64,000 nt of DNA, from the NCBI GenBank assembly GCA_024679065.1, contig JAGIQG010000014.1:46996001-47060000 (forward strand), written 5' to 3'. Positions 1 to 13,084 of the stretch are shown here, one piece after another. Position numbers and translations under genes: made by a program. The notes below the pieces were generated by a model. It searched no databases. It worked only from the letters and a program-made list of their open reading frames with translations, and was not told where the DNA came from. The stretch is from Sphyrna mokarran (lineage: Eukaryota). The first letter of the stretch is position 1, and the number at the start of each line of letters is the position of its first letter.

Positions 1-269
1 TTTTATTTTCCTGGACAGAGCTCAATGTGATTCATAACTTCTTTAAGCTTTGCTTCAGTTCCTTTTCCGGTCTGGTAACTTTTAACCCCAGAACTATCTT
101 TTCATCATATGGGGGTTTGCCTGGTGATTCTCTGTCCAGCTCAAACAAGACAAATCTACTAGCCTCACTTTTCTAATTTATGACTTGGTCTTCTCAATGC
201 CAGCACAAGTTCCTGCTTGCTGTTTCAGATCGTGGCAGACTAACGTGTCTGAAAGCCTCAGATTAAAAA

Positions 270-1630
270 CTTTTGATTTGAATTATTATTGTCACATGTA
301 TTGGTATACAATGAACCGTATTTCTTGCACACTATACAGATAAAGCAGACTGCCCATTAAGAAAAGAAGTGCAGAATGTAGTGTTACGGTCATAGCTAGG
401 GTGTAAACAAAGATCAACTTAATGCAAGGTAGGACCATTCAAAAGTCTTCCAGCAGGGAAGAAACTCTTGAGTTAGTTGGTACATATCCTGAAACTTTGG
501 TGTCATTTTCCTGATGGAAGAAGGTGGAAGAGAGTATGTCTGGGGTCCTTAATTATGCTGGAGGCTATTCCAAGGCAGTGGGAAATGTAGGCAGTATCAA
601 TGGGTGAGAGGTTGATTTCAGTGATGAACTGGGCTTCATTCATGACCCTTTGTTTTTTCTTGTGGTCTTGAATAGAGCAGGAGTCATACCAAGCTGTGAT
701 ACAACCAGAAAGAATGTTTTTATGGTGTATCTGTAAAATCTGGTGAGAGTCACAGTGGATGTACCAAATTTCCTTAGTCTTCTGAGAAAATGGAGGATTT
801 CTTGGAGGTTGGAGGGCTTTCTTAATAATAGTTGGCATCGGGGGACCAGGGCAGGTGGTTGTTGATCTAGACACCTAACAACTTGAAACTCTTGACTATT
901 TCTTTCTATTTCATCTCCATTGATGTAGACAGGGGCATGTCCTCCACTACACTTCCTGAAGTCAATGACTATTTCCTTAGGTTGACATTGAGGAAGAGAT
1001 TGAGAATCTGGTGAACTGGTGAGATGACAATCTCTCATTTCTGAAATCAGTCTTATCATTGTTTGAGCTCTGACCTATTATGGTGTCATCAGCAAACCTG
1101 AAAATGAAGTTGGAGACCATTCAGTCATGAGAGTATGATATGGGGCTGAGGGGACAGCCTTGTGGGACACTGGTATTAAGGATGATTGTGGAGCGGTATT
1201 GTTGTCCATCCTTACTGATTGTAGTCTGAGAGTTAGGAAATTCAGGATCCTGTCGCAGAGGAAGAAGCCGAGCTCCAGGCGTTGGAGTTTGTAGATGAGT
1301 TTAGTAGGAATAATGGTGTTGAAGGCTGAACTGTAATCGATAAATACGAGCGTGATTATAGATGTCTTTGTTATCTAGGTATTCCAAGGTTGAGTGCAGG
1401 CCAGGGAAATGGTGCCTGCTGTGGTCCTGTTGCAGCTGTAGTGGATCCAGGCAATCTGGTAGGCAAGAATGTTTCGTGCCATGATTGACATTTTGAAGCA
1501 TTTTCAAAGTCATTAAGGCATGCTACTTGGCTTTTCTTTGATATCGGGATAATGGTCATTGCCTTGAAGATAGGGATATCACACTGTTGTTTTAAAAAAA
1601 AGGTTGAAAATGTCTGCAAACACCCCTGTC
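270..1630 (-). mobile_element. Decayed Rex1/Babar-like LINE, RT-to-3' portion
   Basis: Frameshifted motifs KEIVIDFRK..HAPVYING, LHFLRRLRKFG, ILSGCITAWY, IIKDP.H..FHLLPSG, FKAMTIIPISKK in minus-strand ORFs 503-1619. Confidence 0.8.
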
Positions 1631-1644
1631 AGCTGCTCAGCATT

Positions 1645-1935
1645 TTATTACCAGCATTTATTTCCCATACCTAATAATCCTTAAGAGTGGTGAGCTATCT
1701 TTTTAAACTGTTGCAGACCACATGGTGTAGATATTCCCACCACGCTGTTGGGAAGGAAGTTCCAGGAAATTGATTCCGCAACAATGAAGGAATGACAATA
1801 TAGTTCCAAGTCAGGATGGCGTGTGACCTGGTGGAGAACTTGCAGATGGTGTTCCTGCGTGACTGCTGTTCTGGCTCTTCCAGATGCTAGCGGTCAGGTG
1901 TTTGAAAAGTGCAGCCAAAGGAGCTTTGCGGTTGA
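1645..1935 (-). mobile_element. 3' end fragment of a CR1-clade LINE (same family as 56860-59453)
   Basis: Shares ttccaggaa.ttga...tgaaggaatg...ttccaagtcaggatgg with 57008-57066. Confidence 0.65.
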
Positions 1936-1939
1936 GTTT

Positions 1940-2215
1940 CTTTTTTTATTAGCGTCACAAGTAGGCTTACATTGATATTGCAATGAAGTTACTTTGAAAA
2001 TCCCCCAGTCCCCACACTCTAGTGCCTGTTTGGATACACTGAGGGAGAGTTTAGAATGGCCAATGGACCATTCAGATACACCTGGGAGGAAACTGGTGGA
2101 AACTAACGCAGACATGAGAAAACACACAGGCTCTGCACAGTGACCCAAGCTAGGAATTGAACCTGGGTCCCTGGCACTGAGGCAGTGTGTTAAATCACAA
2201 TGCCACCATGCCACT
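1940..2215 (-). mobile_element. tRNA-derived V-SINE (HE1-like)
   Basis: Minus strand reads GGTGGCATTGTG...CAGGGACCCAGGTTCAATTCC (A/B-box-like head) followed by V-domain-like TGTCTGCGT..TTTCC. Confidence 0.7.
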
Positions 2216-4759
2216 TTCCTCACAATATTTCCCAAATGACAACTTGTATGGTGTTCTGGCATTTTAAAAAGACAGACATGTTTTGTTTTACATGGATGTC
2301 TGGCCATTTCATGTTTTATTACTTGTGGTACAAAAGTTTTCTGCATAATTAGACTTGTATAGTTACTCAGGTATTTTAAGATCTGTTAATTTGTCAGTGG
2401 ATCCAAGCAATGGCTGTGGTGTCTTACCTCTCTGCCATCGACGTGGCTCAAAAAAAGTTCATCTGTTTGAGTTTTGCTGGGGATTTTAATTTGCCTAGTC
2501 TGTTTACTTGAGTACGTGTTTCAAGAATGATTTAAGCCACTTTTGGTTCAGAGGTTTTGTTCTGTTGGCAGCACCTGTCTTCAAAGATTTTTTAAAGAAA
2601 ACTAAGCTGCTCTTCTGCATTTTTAAGCTTTTACACTCCTCACCAATGCCTGGCAGTTGTTATGCTCAACCAGCTAGCGTGTTAGCTGATCATCACGTAA
2701 CTTATAAAATTTAAGTATGCAGCTTGTAGGCAAATATTTAAATTTCAGGAGATATGGGATGATGGACATGATTAGCCCGCAATCATGCCTGTCAAGTTTC
2801 CCTATCTTCCTTCTCAGAAGCCTTGTGGAGTAAACATTTTCTTGGAAGGAATGGGAAAGTATTTAATTGGAATTGATCAAACTTGGCACAGTCACCTGAT
2901 ATTTTGGGATAAGTTGGTTATTAAGGATAGAATAATATACTATTCAAGCCAAACTTATGAACTCTGCAAAGTATTTCAGTCATAATGTAATGTAAATTCA
3001 GTCATAATGCTTTTCAAGCATTTCAGTGCCAGCCCTGAAGTCCTATTTTCTATGATTGTTGTGAAAGCTAGTACCACTGCAACATATCCTTTAAATGTTC
3101 CTAATCTCACCAAGTACGTGTCTACAAGGACATCTCTAGCCTCCCTGATCCCTTCCCATTCAAATCCTATGCAACTTTATCTTCTGGCTTGTTTGCTAAC
3201 TTGTATTGTCAGTGCCTCCCTCCTGGTCTTTAAAATCATTCATTATACCTCCTTTTCAGGGTTTAAAAAAAACTCGCTTGCCAACTGTTGGCATCTCAAA
3301 TCTTCTTCCTTCTCTAAAATCTTTGAATATTTTGTTGTTTTCAACTTAGTGTTATGGGGAGATGGATACAATCTGATTCTTTTCAATGCAGTTTCAACCT
3401 TTACACTACCAAAGTAATCCAAATAATCACCAATATCCACTGTGGCTGTAACTGAGGTGGATGATCTTTCTTTGTCTTAGACTTTGAGATGATGTTTCAT
3501 ATGGTTGACTACATTATTCTCTCATTTCTCTATTCCAGTTCCATGCAATGACCTCACCTGCTTTTACTCCTATTCAAATATACTTAGACGTACCTGTAAT
3601 TCCTGGAACATGAATGTCACTAGCTGGCTTGGCAATGGTTTCTCTTCCTCTGACATCGCTTATTTAGTTTCCAAAGTCCTTTCCTTTACAACCCTTGACC
3701 CTTCTTGCCTATATCCTGCCTATGGATACTACTATTTAGAGATGTGCTGCAGCTTATGCAATTGGCACCCTGCTCTAATAGTCCTCGGCTTCTTGATTCC
3801 CTCTGCTGTCAATTAGTCCAACATTTGGTGTGAAATGAGGCTTATGCTTTGGATTTCAACAGAATACTGTCTTTATAACCTTCTGGATTCCTGTATCCTC
3901 CAAGAAGCTTCTCTGACTCTTTAGGCATCACACTGTCCCTTCATGTGAGCTTTGTTTGCATGCACTTGGAATTTCTTACTTCTCCACCCTTCTCTTCCTA
4001 AAGTACCCCTGAATTACATCCTGCTGTCCAATTTCTCAATGAATTGTGTTGTTTGCAGTTGCTAAATTTCTTGATACCAAAGGTACAATGCGAAGCTGCT
4101 TACCCACCTATTATGTTAAACATATTTGCTGTTTATGGAAGAGTTTTAGGTGATTTATGATGCCTTCAATGTGGAAATCTGGCACATAGCCATATAAAAC
4201 AGTATTACGTAAGCCTATTTGGCTCCATAATTTTGGACTTCTACACACAAATATCATAGAGAAATGTTAGATGTTTTTAAAATGAGCAATATAGATGTAA
4301 GTAGATTAAAAAGGAAAGCACAAAGTGAAGTTGATAGTTAACAAAATTGAAGCATTTTCCCACCGAGAATTAAAAATATTTGAATGAATTCAGTATTGAT
4401 GTATTTAGTGAACTGATTTCTTTTGTACAATTTTATACATTCCTCTAATATGGAGTGGTGGTGATTAAAGAAAACAATGAAGAGAATATGAATATATGCC
4501 ATGAGCATCCTGATTATATGTAAAATGTAGTAATTGCTGTATTATTATTTTCTGTCAGTGTTTGAGGGTTTTAGCAGTAACCAGTCAAAATTGCATTTAT
4601 GAAAAGCAAATTTTGAAATGTGTAAGTAATTTACTCTTGTTCGGTGCAATTTTACAGGGTGATTGTTAGTGTTGACTTGCTTTCGGAAGGGATACATTTC
4701 ACACCTACCCTTAGTTCAGCTGTTCTCTTGATTTTTACTAGTTGCTGAAGTGAAACTAC

Positions 4760-7130
4760 TAAGGTTTAGAGAAACAAATGTTATAAGACATTAACCAAAG
4801 GCTTTGGTAGGAAACCACATGCCCTTGCAACTGGGGTTTAGTTGTTGCCATGAAATCTAAACATTTGATGTGGTTAAATTCTATCATTTGGTAGGTGTTC
4901 ATTCCACTTGTCTGAATGCCTTCCTGGCTGTGATGCATGTGGGGGCAGACTGCTTCATTATTTGAGAAATTGCAGTTGAGACTGAACATTGTGCAATCAG
5001 GTAACATCCCCACTTTTGATCTTATGCTGGAGGGAAAGTCGGTGATAAGCAGATAAAGATGATTGGACCTAGAACATTCTTCTGAGGAACTTCTGCAACA
5101 TTGTCTTGGGGCTGTGCTCGTTGGCCTGGAATATGAAAAATGAGCTTCAAAGACTATGACTCCAGTCTGGAGAGTTATTCCCTGATTCCTAGTGACTTCA
5201 GCTTTACAAGGGCTCCTTGATGCCACACTTTATCAAATGGTGCCTTAATATTGGGAGCAGTCACTCTTACCTATGCTCTGGAATTCAGCCCTTTTGTCAA
5301 TGTTTGGGGTGGGCTGAGACAGTGACTCTGGTGAAATCCATGTTGCATTTTGATGCAGAAGTCATTGCTGATGTAAATGCCACTTGATTCCACTGTTATT
5401 TCCAACTCTTGGGTAGATATCAATGTAGATAGACTGGAAAGCTTGACTCAACATGTGGCTAATTCTGCAGAACAAGTCTTTAGTGTTTTAGCCAGAATGT
5501 TGTCATGGCTTTTGCTATATTTGTTGTACTGGGCCATTTTTGATATTATATAGACTAATTGAATTGACTGAAAGCTGCTTTTCTGACAACGTAGATCTCT
5601 GGAGTTGGCAGAGATGGATCACCTACTCAGAATTCTTTGCTCAAGGTGTTTGCAAGCAGTTCAGTTTTTTTGTACTCAAATGCTGTCATTGAAGAAGAGG
5701 ATGTTCGTGGAGCTTCTTCCTCCCAGTGTTTATTTGATCACTCCCATTCAATGGACATGGGATGGTCTTGGTTTAGCCAATAACGTATTCCTTTTGCTAT
5801 GAAGCCTTGTTTCAGCAGGTTGGAGACTAGGACTGTTACAGCAAGAAACTCCTGACTTCACAATCTACATGGTACAGGTTAGAAGTACGGTGAAGGAGGA
5901 CAGCTCCAACAAAACCTTGAAGCGTGACACCATCCAGGACTTGATTGGCGCTCCATCCACAAACATTCACTCTCTCCACCACTGACACAGTGGCAGCTGT
6001 GTGTACCATCCATAAGATTTACTGGAGGAACTCACCAAGGCTCCTTATCCCTTTGTAAACCCACAACCATTTCCGTCTAAAAATCAGGGATAATAGAGAC
6101 ATGGAAACATTGCCACCTGGAAGTTCTCTTCCAAGCTGCTTTTGATCCTTCACTGTCACTGGATAAAATCCTGGAACTCCCTCAATAGTACTGTGGATAT
6201 ACCTACACCACCACGTTCTTGAAAGCAATTGGGGATGAGCAATAAATGCTGGCCTAGCCAGCAAAGCTCATCTCTTGAATAAACTTTTAAAAAAAGGGTT
6301 GCAAAGCAAATTGTGTTCCAGTGCGGCTTGCTGCTGCTGATCCGTAGTGCCTCATTGAAGTCTAGCTTTTAAGCTGGGAGATCTTTTCTGAATCTGTCCC
6401 ATTTAGTGTACTGGTAGTGCCATACAATGATAGAGGGAGTTTGCAGTGCAAAGCTGAGACTTTCTCTCCAAGAGGTGGTTGCTCCTGCTAATGCTGCTGT
6501 AATAGATGCATTTGCAACAAGGAATATTAGTGAGGATGAGGTTGGGTTTCTTGTGTTGGCTGTCACTGCCAATAAATGCAAAATACTGCAGATGCTGAAA
6601 ATTTGAAATAAGAGCTAAATGATCCCCATCATGTGGCCTGAACATTGGCTAAATAAACAGTGGGAGGAAGAAACTTCATGAATATTCTTGTTCTTGGTGA
6701 TATGTCCTTCAGATGTGGCTGGCTTGATCAGTTGTTGTATTTTTGAGCCATTCTTGGTGATGGATATTGAGATCTTTGTTGTCTTTGGTGCTTCTTCCAA
6801 GTGGTGTTCAACATGGAATATTCAGCAATGGCTGCAGATGGTCAGCCTTGCTAGCCCATTTTTGACCTGGTGCCATTAGACTTCAGGTCCAGAGTCATTG
6901 CTGAAGAATCCCAGACCTCTACCTCAGACTGTATACCATTGTGTCACCACATCCAGTGGTATAGTATGTTGAACTGTAGTTTGACTAATTGGTGGAACAG
7001 TTCTCCCAATTTTGGCATTACTCTCCAGATATAAGTGAGGGTATTTATCAGGGAAGGTCTGCCTTTGCCAATCCAGTGCCTCAGTCAATCCTGAATGATT
7101 CATCGAATTTTATTCCTATTAAACATCTTG
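4760..7130 (-). mobile_element. Decayed CR1-clade LINE fragments, with an opposite-orientation 3' end of the same family inserted at ~5820-6270
   Basis: 4900-5300 resembles 57560-57920; 6750-6960 resembles 59140-59400; 5930-6262 ends in ggggatgagcaataaatgctggcctagccagc on +. Confidence 0.6.
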
Positions 7131-7139
7131 ATAGAAAGT

Positions 7140-7275
7140 TGAATCGTTTAGTCAGCCATTTTCAGAGGGCAATTTGAGCCAACTACATTATTGATCTGGA
7201 GTCACATAGGCCACAATAGATAACCATGACATATTTGCTTCCCCAAAGGACATTAGTGAACTAGTCGTTTCATGA
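7140..7275 (-). mobile_element. SINE core fragment (MetaSINE-like); related copies at 27365-27590 and 47540-47900
   Basis: Shared ttcagagg.ca.tt.agag.caac.acatt...aaaggacatta.tgaac motif across the three copies. Confidence 0.55.
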
Positions 7276-9889
7276 ACCAGTTAGGCCTAGCATTGATTGA
7301 CCAGCTGGTTTGGTGAATGGGACTAAAGGAGAGGACTGGAGAAGCTTCCAAAGCAGATGGGCTAGGATTCTTCACACACTGTCCCCGTATATCCCTGTAA
7401 GTTGCATTCCTCATGAAGGTGAGTTATGCTTTTCTCAACGTTAGCTTTTGACTTTTTTTGAATTAGTAATCATTAATTGCTGCCAAATAATGTTGGGCTG
7501 AATAGCCTTCACCATTATTTAGGTGCAGGAACATAGCAACATCCAGCAAGGATAGGTGCAAGAAGAAACACAAAAACATGATGCTCTGACATTGGCTTGA
7601 TGAAAATTGGTTTTTGCTGTCTGGTTCTCTATAAAATTGCGTAGTGGCATGCATTTCCTGCACTTAACAGTACGCATGAAGTAAATGCAGCACAGAATTT
7701 TAAATGAGTACCCTTATAACCCTTTGCAGTATCATTACTGGCACTCAACTTCTCTGGCACTAAAAATGTGTTAATTAAAGTCTCAATCCTTCAGTTTTTA
7801 ACTGCTGAAAACACAAGAATTAAAATGTTATTTCTTTCTCTTTGTCTCAAACTTTTAACAAACTGATTTAATGTTAAATTCACCATTCTAACTTCTTCCT
7901 AGTTCAGACCATACACAGTTCATTTCACAATCTTTCAACCTCAGTTAAGAAGATACACTTGCCTGCACTGTTTAGTCAAGATATGAGATAAACTTGAGAA
8001 AGTGCCATGTCATTTCCATCTTGGCCTTCACCACTGCTAGAAGTCTAAGTCGGTAACTAATGGCAGGTGCTGTTGAGTGACTTACAGGAATTTTGGGCTT
8101 GTTTTTATTTCGACAACTATAGTGATGCTACTTTACAAAAATTATCATTGACAGCTTTGATATTACATCAGCGTTGTATCAAAATTGTCGATTTCCGATC
8201 ACATCCAACTTCAAAAGGGTATTTTTGTGGTAACTTCATATTATGCATCTTATATGTATAAATGTTTACTTCCTTTCGAAAGGAAAAATATTATAAATAA
8301 TTTCACCCAGTTTCCTTGTTACCAGCTCTCCTGCTGGAAAGTTTCTCTCCATTAGCTGTATCAACATTTTTCATAATTTTAAAATATTTAATAAATCTCT
8401 TGCCTTATCCTGATTTGGAAAAGTGTGGTAAATTCACATCCTTTATGTTTGAATGATGGGTGTCTCACCCAAGTAACAGTAATGCAAATGATGAAGAAAT
8501 GGGATAAATTGTGCAGCAACCTTCGGATTTTTTCATTTAACTACACATGTGGATGTTGACTGTTACTGTCCGATTTGCTCCAATGAAAGTGAATGTTTTA
8601 TTCCTATTGCATAATCCAGTCCCTTACATTTATGTTGAAATTGAACGACTTCTGCTGAGTAACTGCATTATCTGTTTCAGCCAGACAGTGTTCTATTTAT
8701 AATTCTGGCTGACAGGCAGGTGGGTTTAAAAAATACACTGGATGTTGCTGGGACTTACCACCATCATTTTACAAATATGGTTTAATGCCTCTCAGGAATA
8801 ATATTTTGCAGCAGCTTTCTAATATCTCTTTCATGTGTCCTTGCATTTTCTTTCTGGATACAAGTCAAAAACTCACTCCAGGTTTCCAGTGCAATGTGAT
8901 GTCGCTGTGAAGCCAAAATCACATTGTAACAATGTAAATGTTAAAGTAATGAAGCATCTCACTCTATTACATCATACTATTTCAAACCTGAAAGTGCTTT
9001 CTGTTCACAAGTGAATGCTTGAAATGGGGTGATCTATAACATCCTTTGCAAAGGATGCAAGAATGCAAAGTTAAAATAGTTGCCTACCATCAAATCAATG
9101 GACTGTATTAGATATAAAGCTGGAAATAACTTGAGGAAAAACAAGGATCTGCACAGGTGTAGCAGTTGAAAGCTTCTCGAGTGAAACTAACTTTTTTATA
9201 GTTCCCTAAAATATATTTTCTTAACAGAGCTAGTCACTATGATCATTTATCTTAGATTTGTTTTATAGCACATTAGTTCACCAGGTGTCCAAACATTTTC
9301 AAAGAGGCTTGTTTGAAACTGCTGAAGGTTAATTCAAATTTAGTCCCAGGGCTGCTTTTGAATAAATCATCTGTGATTTGCATGCCTTGAAATTTTAATT
9401 TCAAGTTGCATAATTCATGATCCAGCACCAAAGAAAACCTTTTTTAGTTGGCTATATTTCTGACAAATTTATACATTGTGTACTTTTCATATTGGTTCAA
9501 AAAGGATAGGAAGGAGCACAAAAATATGTTCAGGATTAAGATCTAATTTTTGCTTTTTGTCAAAATTGTCAACCAATGTACATTTATATTGGGCAGAGTA
9601 GAAATTGAAAACTTGACAATTTTTAAAAAAGCTTGTAATAGTAATGAGACAAGGCAGGAAAGGAAGCTGCTGTCTTCAGAAGCATCTGGCTTAATATATA
9701 TTCCAATACCTTAATCAGAAATGTCAAGTTATTTTAGTTGTATGTTATTTTAAATTGCATGTTTAGTATGAAATGAGGCTCACTAACCTTATTTGTGCAT
9801 GAACTGCATTTAATGTGTGGCTGTTATGTTTGTGTCTTTGCATTTTCGCCTGCAACACTCCTACTAACTGTGGTGAATCAAAACAAAAG

Positions 9890-10046
9890 GAATTGGTAAA
9901 TTATCCACTGCTGATGGTAAAGCCTTCGCAGATCCTGAGGTACTCCGAAGACTGACTTCTTCTGTTAGCTGTGCGTTGGATGAAGCTGCTGCTGCCTTGA
10001 CCCGAATGAGAGCAGAGAATACTTTAAATGCAGGACAAGCAGACAA
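9890..10046 (+). CDS. ANKHD1: ANKHD1 exon ~3 (157 nt): GIGKLSTADGKAFADPEVLRRLTSSVSCALDEAAAALTRMRAENTLNAGQAD
   Basis: aaaag|GAATT acceptor, AA|gtatgt donor; conserved Mask-family N-terminal segment. Confidence 0.92.
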
Positions 10047-10939
10047 GTATGTGTTTCTTTTTACTTATGCATTTGTGTGGGGGAGAGGTTGAAACTGGAA
10101 AGGATGATTTTTCAGCAAAACATTTAGTATACAATGCTACAACTTTAAAACTTTATTCTGCGATTTTGGGATTCTTTAATTTCAACTGATTGTATTTTCT
10201 GATTCTTATTCTTTCCATGAATTTATGATAACTGAATCAATTAAATTATGTTAACACTAGACAAGTTGCTTTAACACAATGATTTTACTCTTGTGTAGTG
10301 AAAATCCCAGTTAGTGGTCTTCATATCTAGTGTCCAATTATATTCTACTTTGTCTAGTCATTGCATGGCTTAAAAGCACCAGAACAACTAATATGACAAT
10401 GTTTGACTATTTAAGTTTATGCATCTCAGGGGACATGTACATAAAAAGTATTTGTTTGTTCGGATTAACCCTTAGACTGGTCATGTTTAAAAAAAAAATC
10501 TTAACTGGCTAAGGTTTTGTTAGGGCCCAGTGGCTGCTAATTTTAATCAGTTGTAGTCAAAATACTAATCTGATTTCAAAACCAGGATTGTTTTCTGACT
10601 TGGATGTTTATGGTTGAATACACAGAACAAGTATAGAATGCCAACAGTGTGAGCCCAGAGCATAGACAATATATTGAATAGACATATGTGATTTAGAAGG
10701 ACTTGTAAAGTAAAAGTATTGGGAAGCTGTGTTAGCGTGGAAGCTGGCTCTAATCTTATACCTGATTGTTGGAGAGTAAAATGCTCATTTTATATTAAAA
10801 AACCACAAGTATAGGTGCTTGGGTATATCCTTAATAGTGAGGACAGAAAATTAGGTGCAGGCCTTAGATTTGTGGGTTCAGTCAGAAAGCCATTTAATCA
10901 CTTTTCCTGTTTCTCAGTTGAGCTCAAAAGTGAGAGGGA

Positions 10940-11420
10940 TTTCATTGAAAAAGAATTCTGACAGGGCTGAACAAATTGATTGCAGAGGTAATATTTCCTC
11001 TGGCTTGGGGTATCTGGAACAAAGATTCATGTACTCAGGATAAGGGGTATGCCATTTAGGATTTCAGTGAGGAGAAATTTCTTCATCAAGGTGGTAAACC
11101 TGTAGAATTTCCTATAGCTTTCTAGACATTAATATTTGAGATATAGAATCATAGAAGTGCAATTAACCTACACATCGTTGGATGTTAGAAGCAATTTAGT
11201 AAGGCCAATCCACCTAACTACTCAAATTTTGGAGCTCCCAGGGTAAACCCACGCAGACACTCGGAAAATGTGCAAACTCCTCATCACTCAAGACTACTAT
11301 TGAGTCTGGCCCTCCTGGTGCTTTGAGGCAGCGGTGCCAACCACTGTCTGGGGGAAGAGTGGGAATATGACATCGAGATAGAGAATCTCAATGGACCTAT
11401 ACCACCTCTATTTTGTTTCT
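10940..11420 (+). mobile_element. CR1 3' fragment (+) interrupted by a V-SINE (-) at ~11145-11345
   Basis: gaggagaaatttcttc CR1 motif; SINE with aacccacgcagacac..aatgtgcaaactcc V-domain. Confidence 0.6.
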
Positions 11421-12273
11421 CTTTTGACCACACTAAGCAATGATTTGTGGATAGTCACAGCATAAATTCTGCTGTATTGTAGAATACTAAATTAATCACT
11501 GTAAACCAAAAGCTGTAATTTTAAACTGGCAGAATTCAAGAATAGGGCTCCTACAACACAGGTGAATGCCACTTAATAAAAATTTTATTTGATCACTGCA
11601 TAACAATTGCCCTGGCAATAGCCTTGATGAATTTCTGCACTTCTATACGCACTGCATACTCCTGATAATGAAATTCTATGACTGCACTATTTTTATATTC
11701 CAGTGAATCTAGTTAATGTTTTGTTTTGTTTGTGGGATATTGTGCATAGAGATTGACAAGCTAAACTGTCATGATGAATTAACTCAGGAATCCACAAATG
11801 AGGAAAGCTGAGACATTTGGAATCTAGGAAATTTCTTTTCTCCTTCCACTGCCAGAAAAAATGAACTTCAATTTATGGCAATCCATCCATGCTCTTGTAA
11901 ATTACTACTTGTTGATGCTTATTGAGAATTAGTGTGCCAGTTCCCTAATACAGGATTGGGCTCAAGCAGCAGCTGGTCTTCATAGGATTGTTATTACTGT
12001 GCCATTTGTGGAATTTTTATTGTTGCACCATTGGCCTTTACATAAGATGTGGTTTTAATATATTGAGACTGTAACATTGTGGATGACAGATCACTGTATC
12101 ATAACTAATTTTAATGTTGCAGTTTTCTTTTATTTACTCCTTGTACATGTGCCATCCTCTGCCTGATTTTAATGATTTCCTTTTTGGCAAATGTTTAAAT
12201 TCAATATAATTAAAAAAGCTGAGGTTTTAAACTGGTAAACCATACTTTTTATTAACCAGTAGAATAACTAAAT

Positions 12274-12707
12274 ACATAGAACATAGAACAACAATACAGC
12301 ACAGAACAGGCCCTTCGGCCTTCGATGTTGTGCCGACCAAAATAAAAAGCAATGCCCCTCCAAACTAAACCATTCCCTTCTCTTCCATATACTTATCAAC
12401 TAACCTCTTAAACGCCACCAAACTTGGCGCATCTACAACAGCTGCAGGCAGGGCATTCCACTCCCTAATCACTCTTTGAGTAAAGAACCTACCTCTGATA
12501 TCCGTCCTATAACTCATACCCCTTAATTTAAAGTTGTGTCCCCTCGTGCTAGCTTTCTCCATCCTAGGAAAAAGGCTATCACTGTCCACCCTATCCAAAC
12601 CTCTAATTATCTTATATGCTTCAATAAGATCCCCCCTTAGCCGCCTCCTTTCTAACGAAAACAACCTCAAATCCTTCAACCTCTCTTCATAGGACCTCTC
12701 TTCATAA
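12274..12707 (-). mobile_element. Relatively young 5'-truncated CR1 LINE (ORF2 C-terminus plus 3' UTR)
   Basis: Open frame YEERLKDLRLFSLERRRLRGDLIEAYKII...FFTQRVIREWNALP; (CATAGAA)n terminal microsatellite. Confidence 0.9.
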
Positions 12708-12936
12708 TACGAGAGCAATTTATGCAGAAAATCCCTGGCATCAGTAGTTATGACTAGTAGTGAATATTTTAAGACCAAATGTCTTGTTTCAGGTTTTTGA
12801 GCCACGCTTGCTAGATACAAATATGTTTTTTACAGTTCAAGAACTAGAATTCAAAAATAAAACCTATAGTGTACGTATTTCTATAAAATCTAATGACCTG
12901 CAAGAATAAGTTATTTAAATTTGTTTCCTGATTTAG

Positions 12937-13084
12937 CCGAAGCTTAGCAGAAGCATGCTCAGATGGAGATGTAAATGCGGTCCGAAAACTGCTAGATGAA
13001 GGACGAAGTGTAAATGAGCATACAGAAGAGGGTGAAAGCCTCCTTTGCTTAGCATGCTCTGCTGGCTACTATGAGCTGGCACAA
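12937..13084 (+). CDS. ANKHD1: ANKHD1 exon ~4 (148 nt): RSLAEACSDGDVNAVRKLLDEG...YYELAQ
   Basis: tttag|C acceptor, CAA|gtaagt donor; first ankyrin repeats. Confidence 0.95.

Noticed and set aside
3000-4100. ORFs 3007..3417, 3243..3440 and 3505..3816 as genes
   Set aside because: No recognisable domain or splice support; probably a very old repeat I cannot classify
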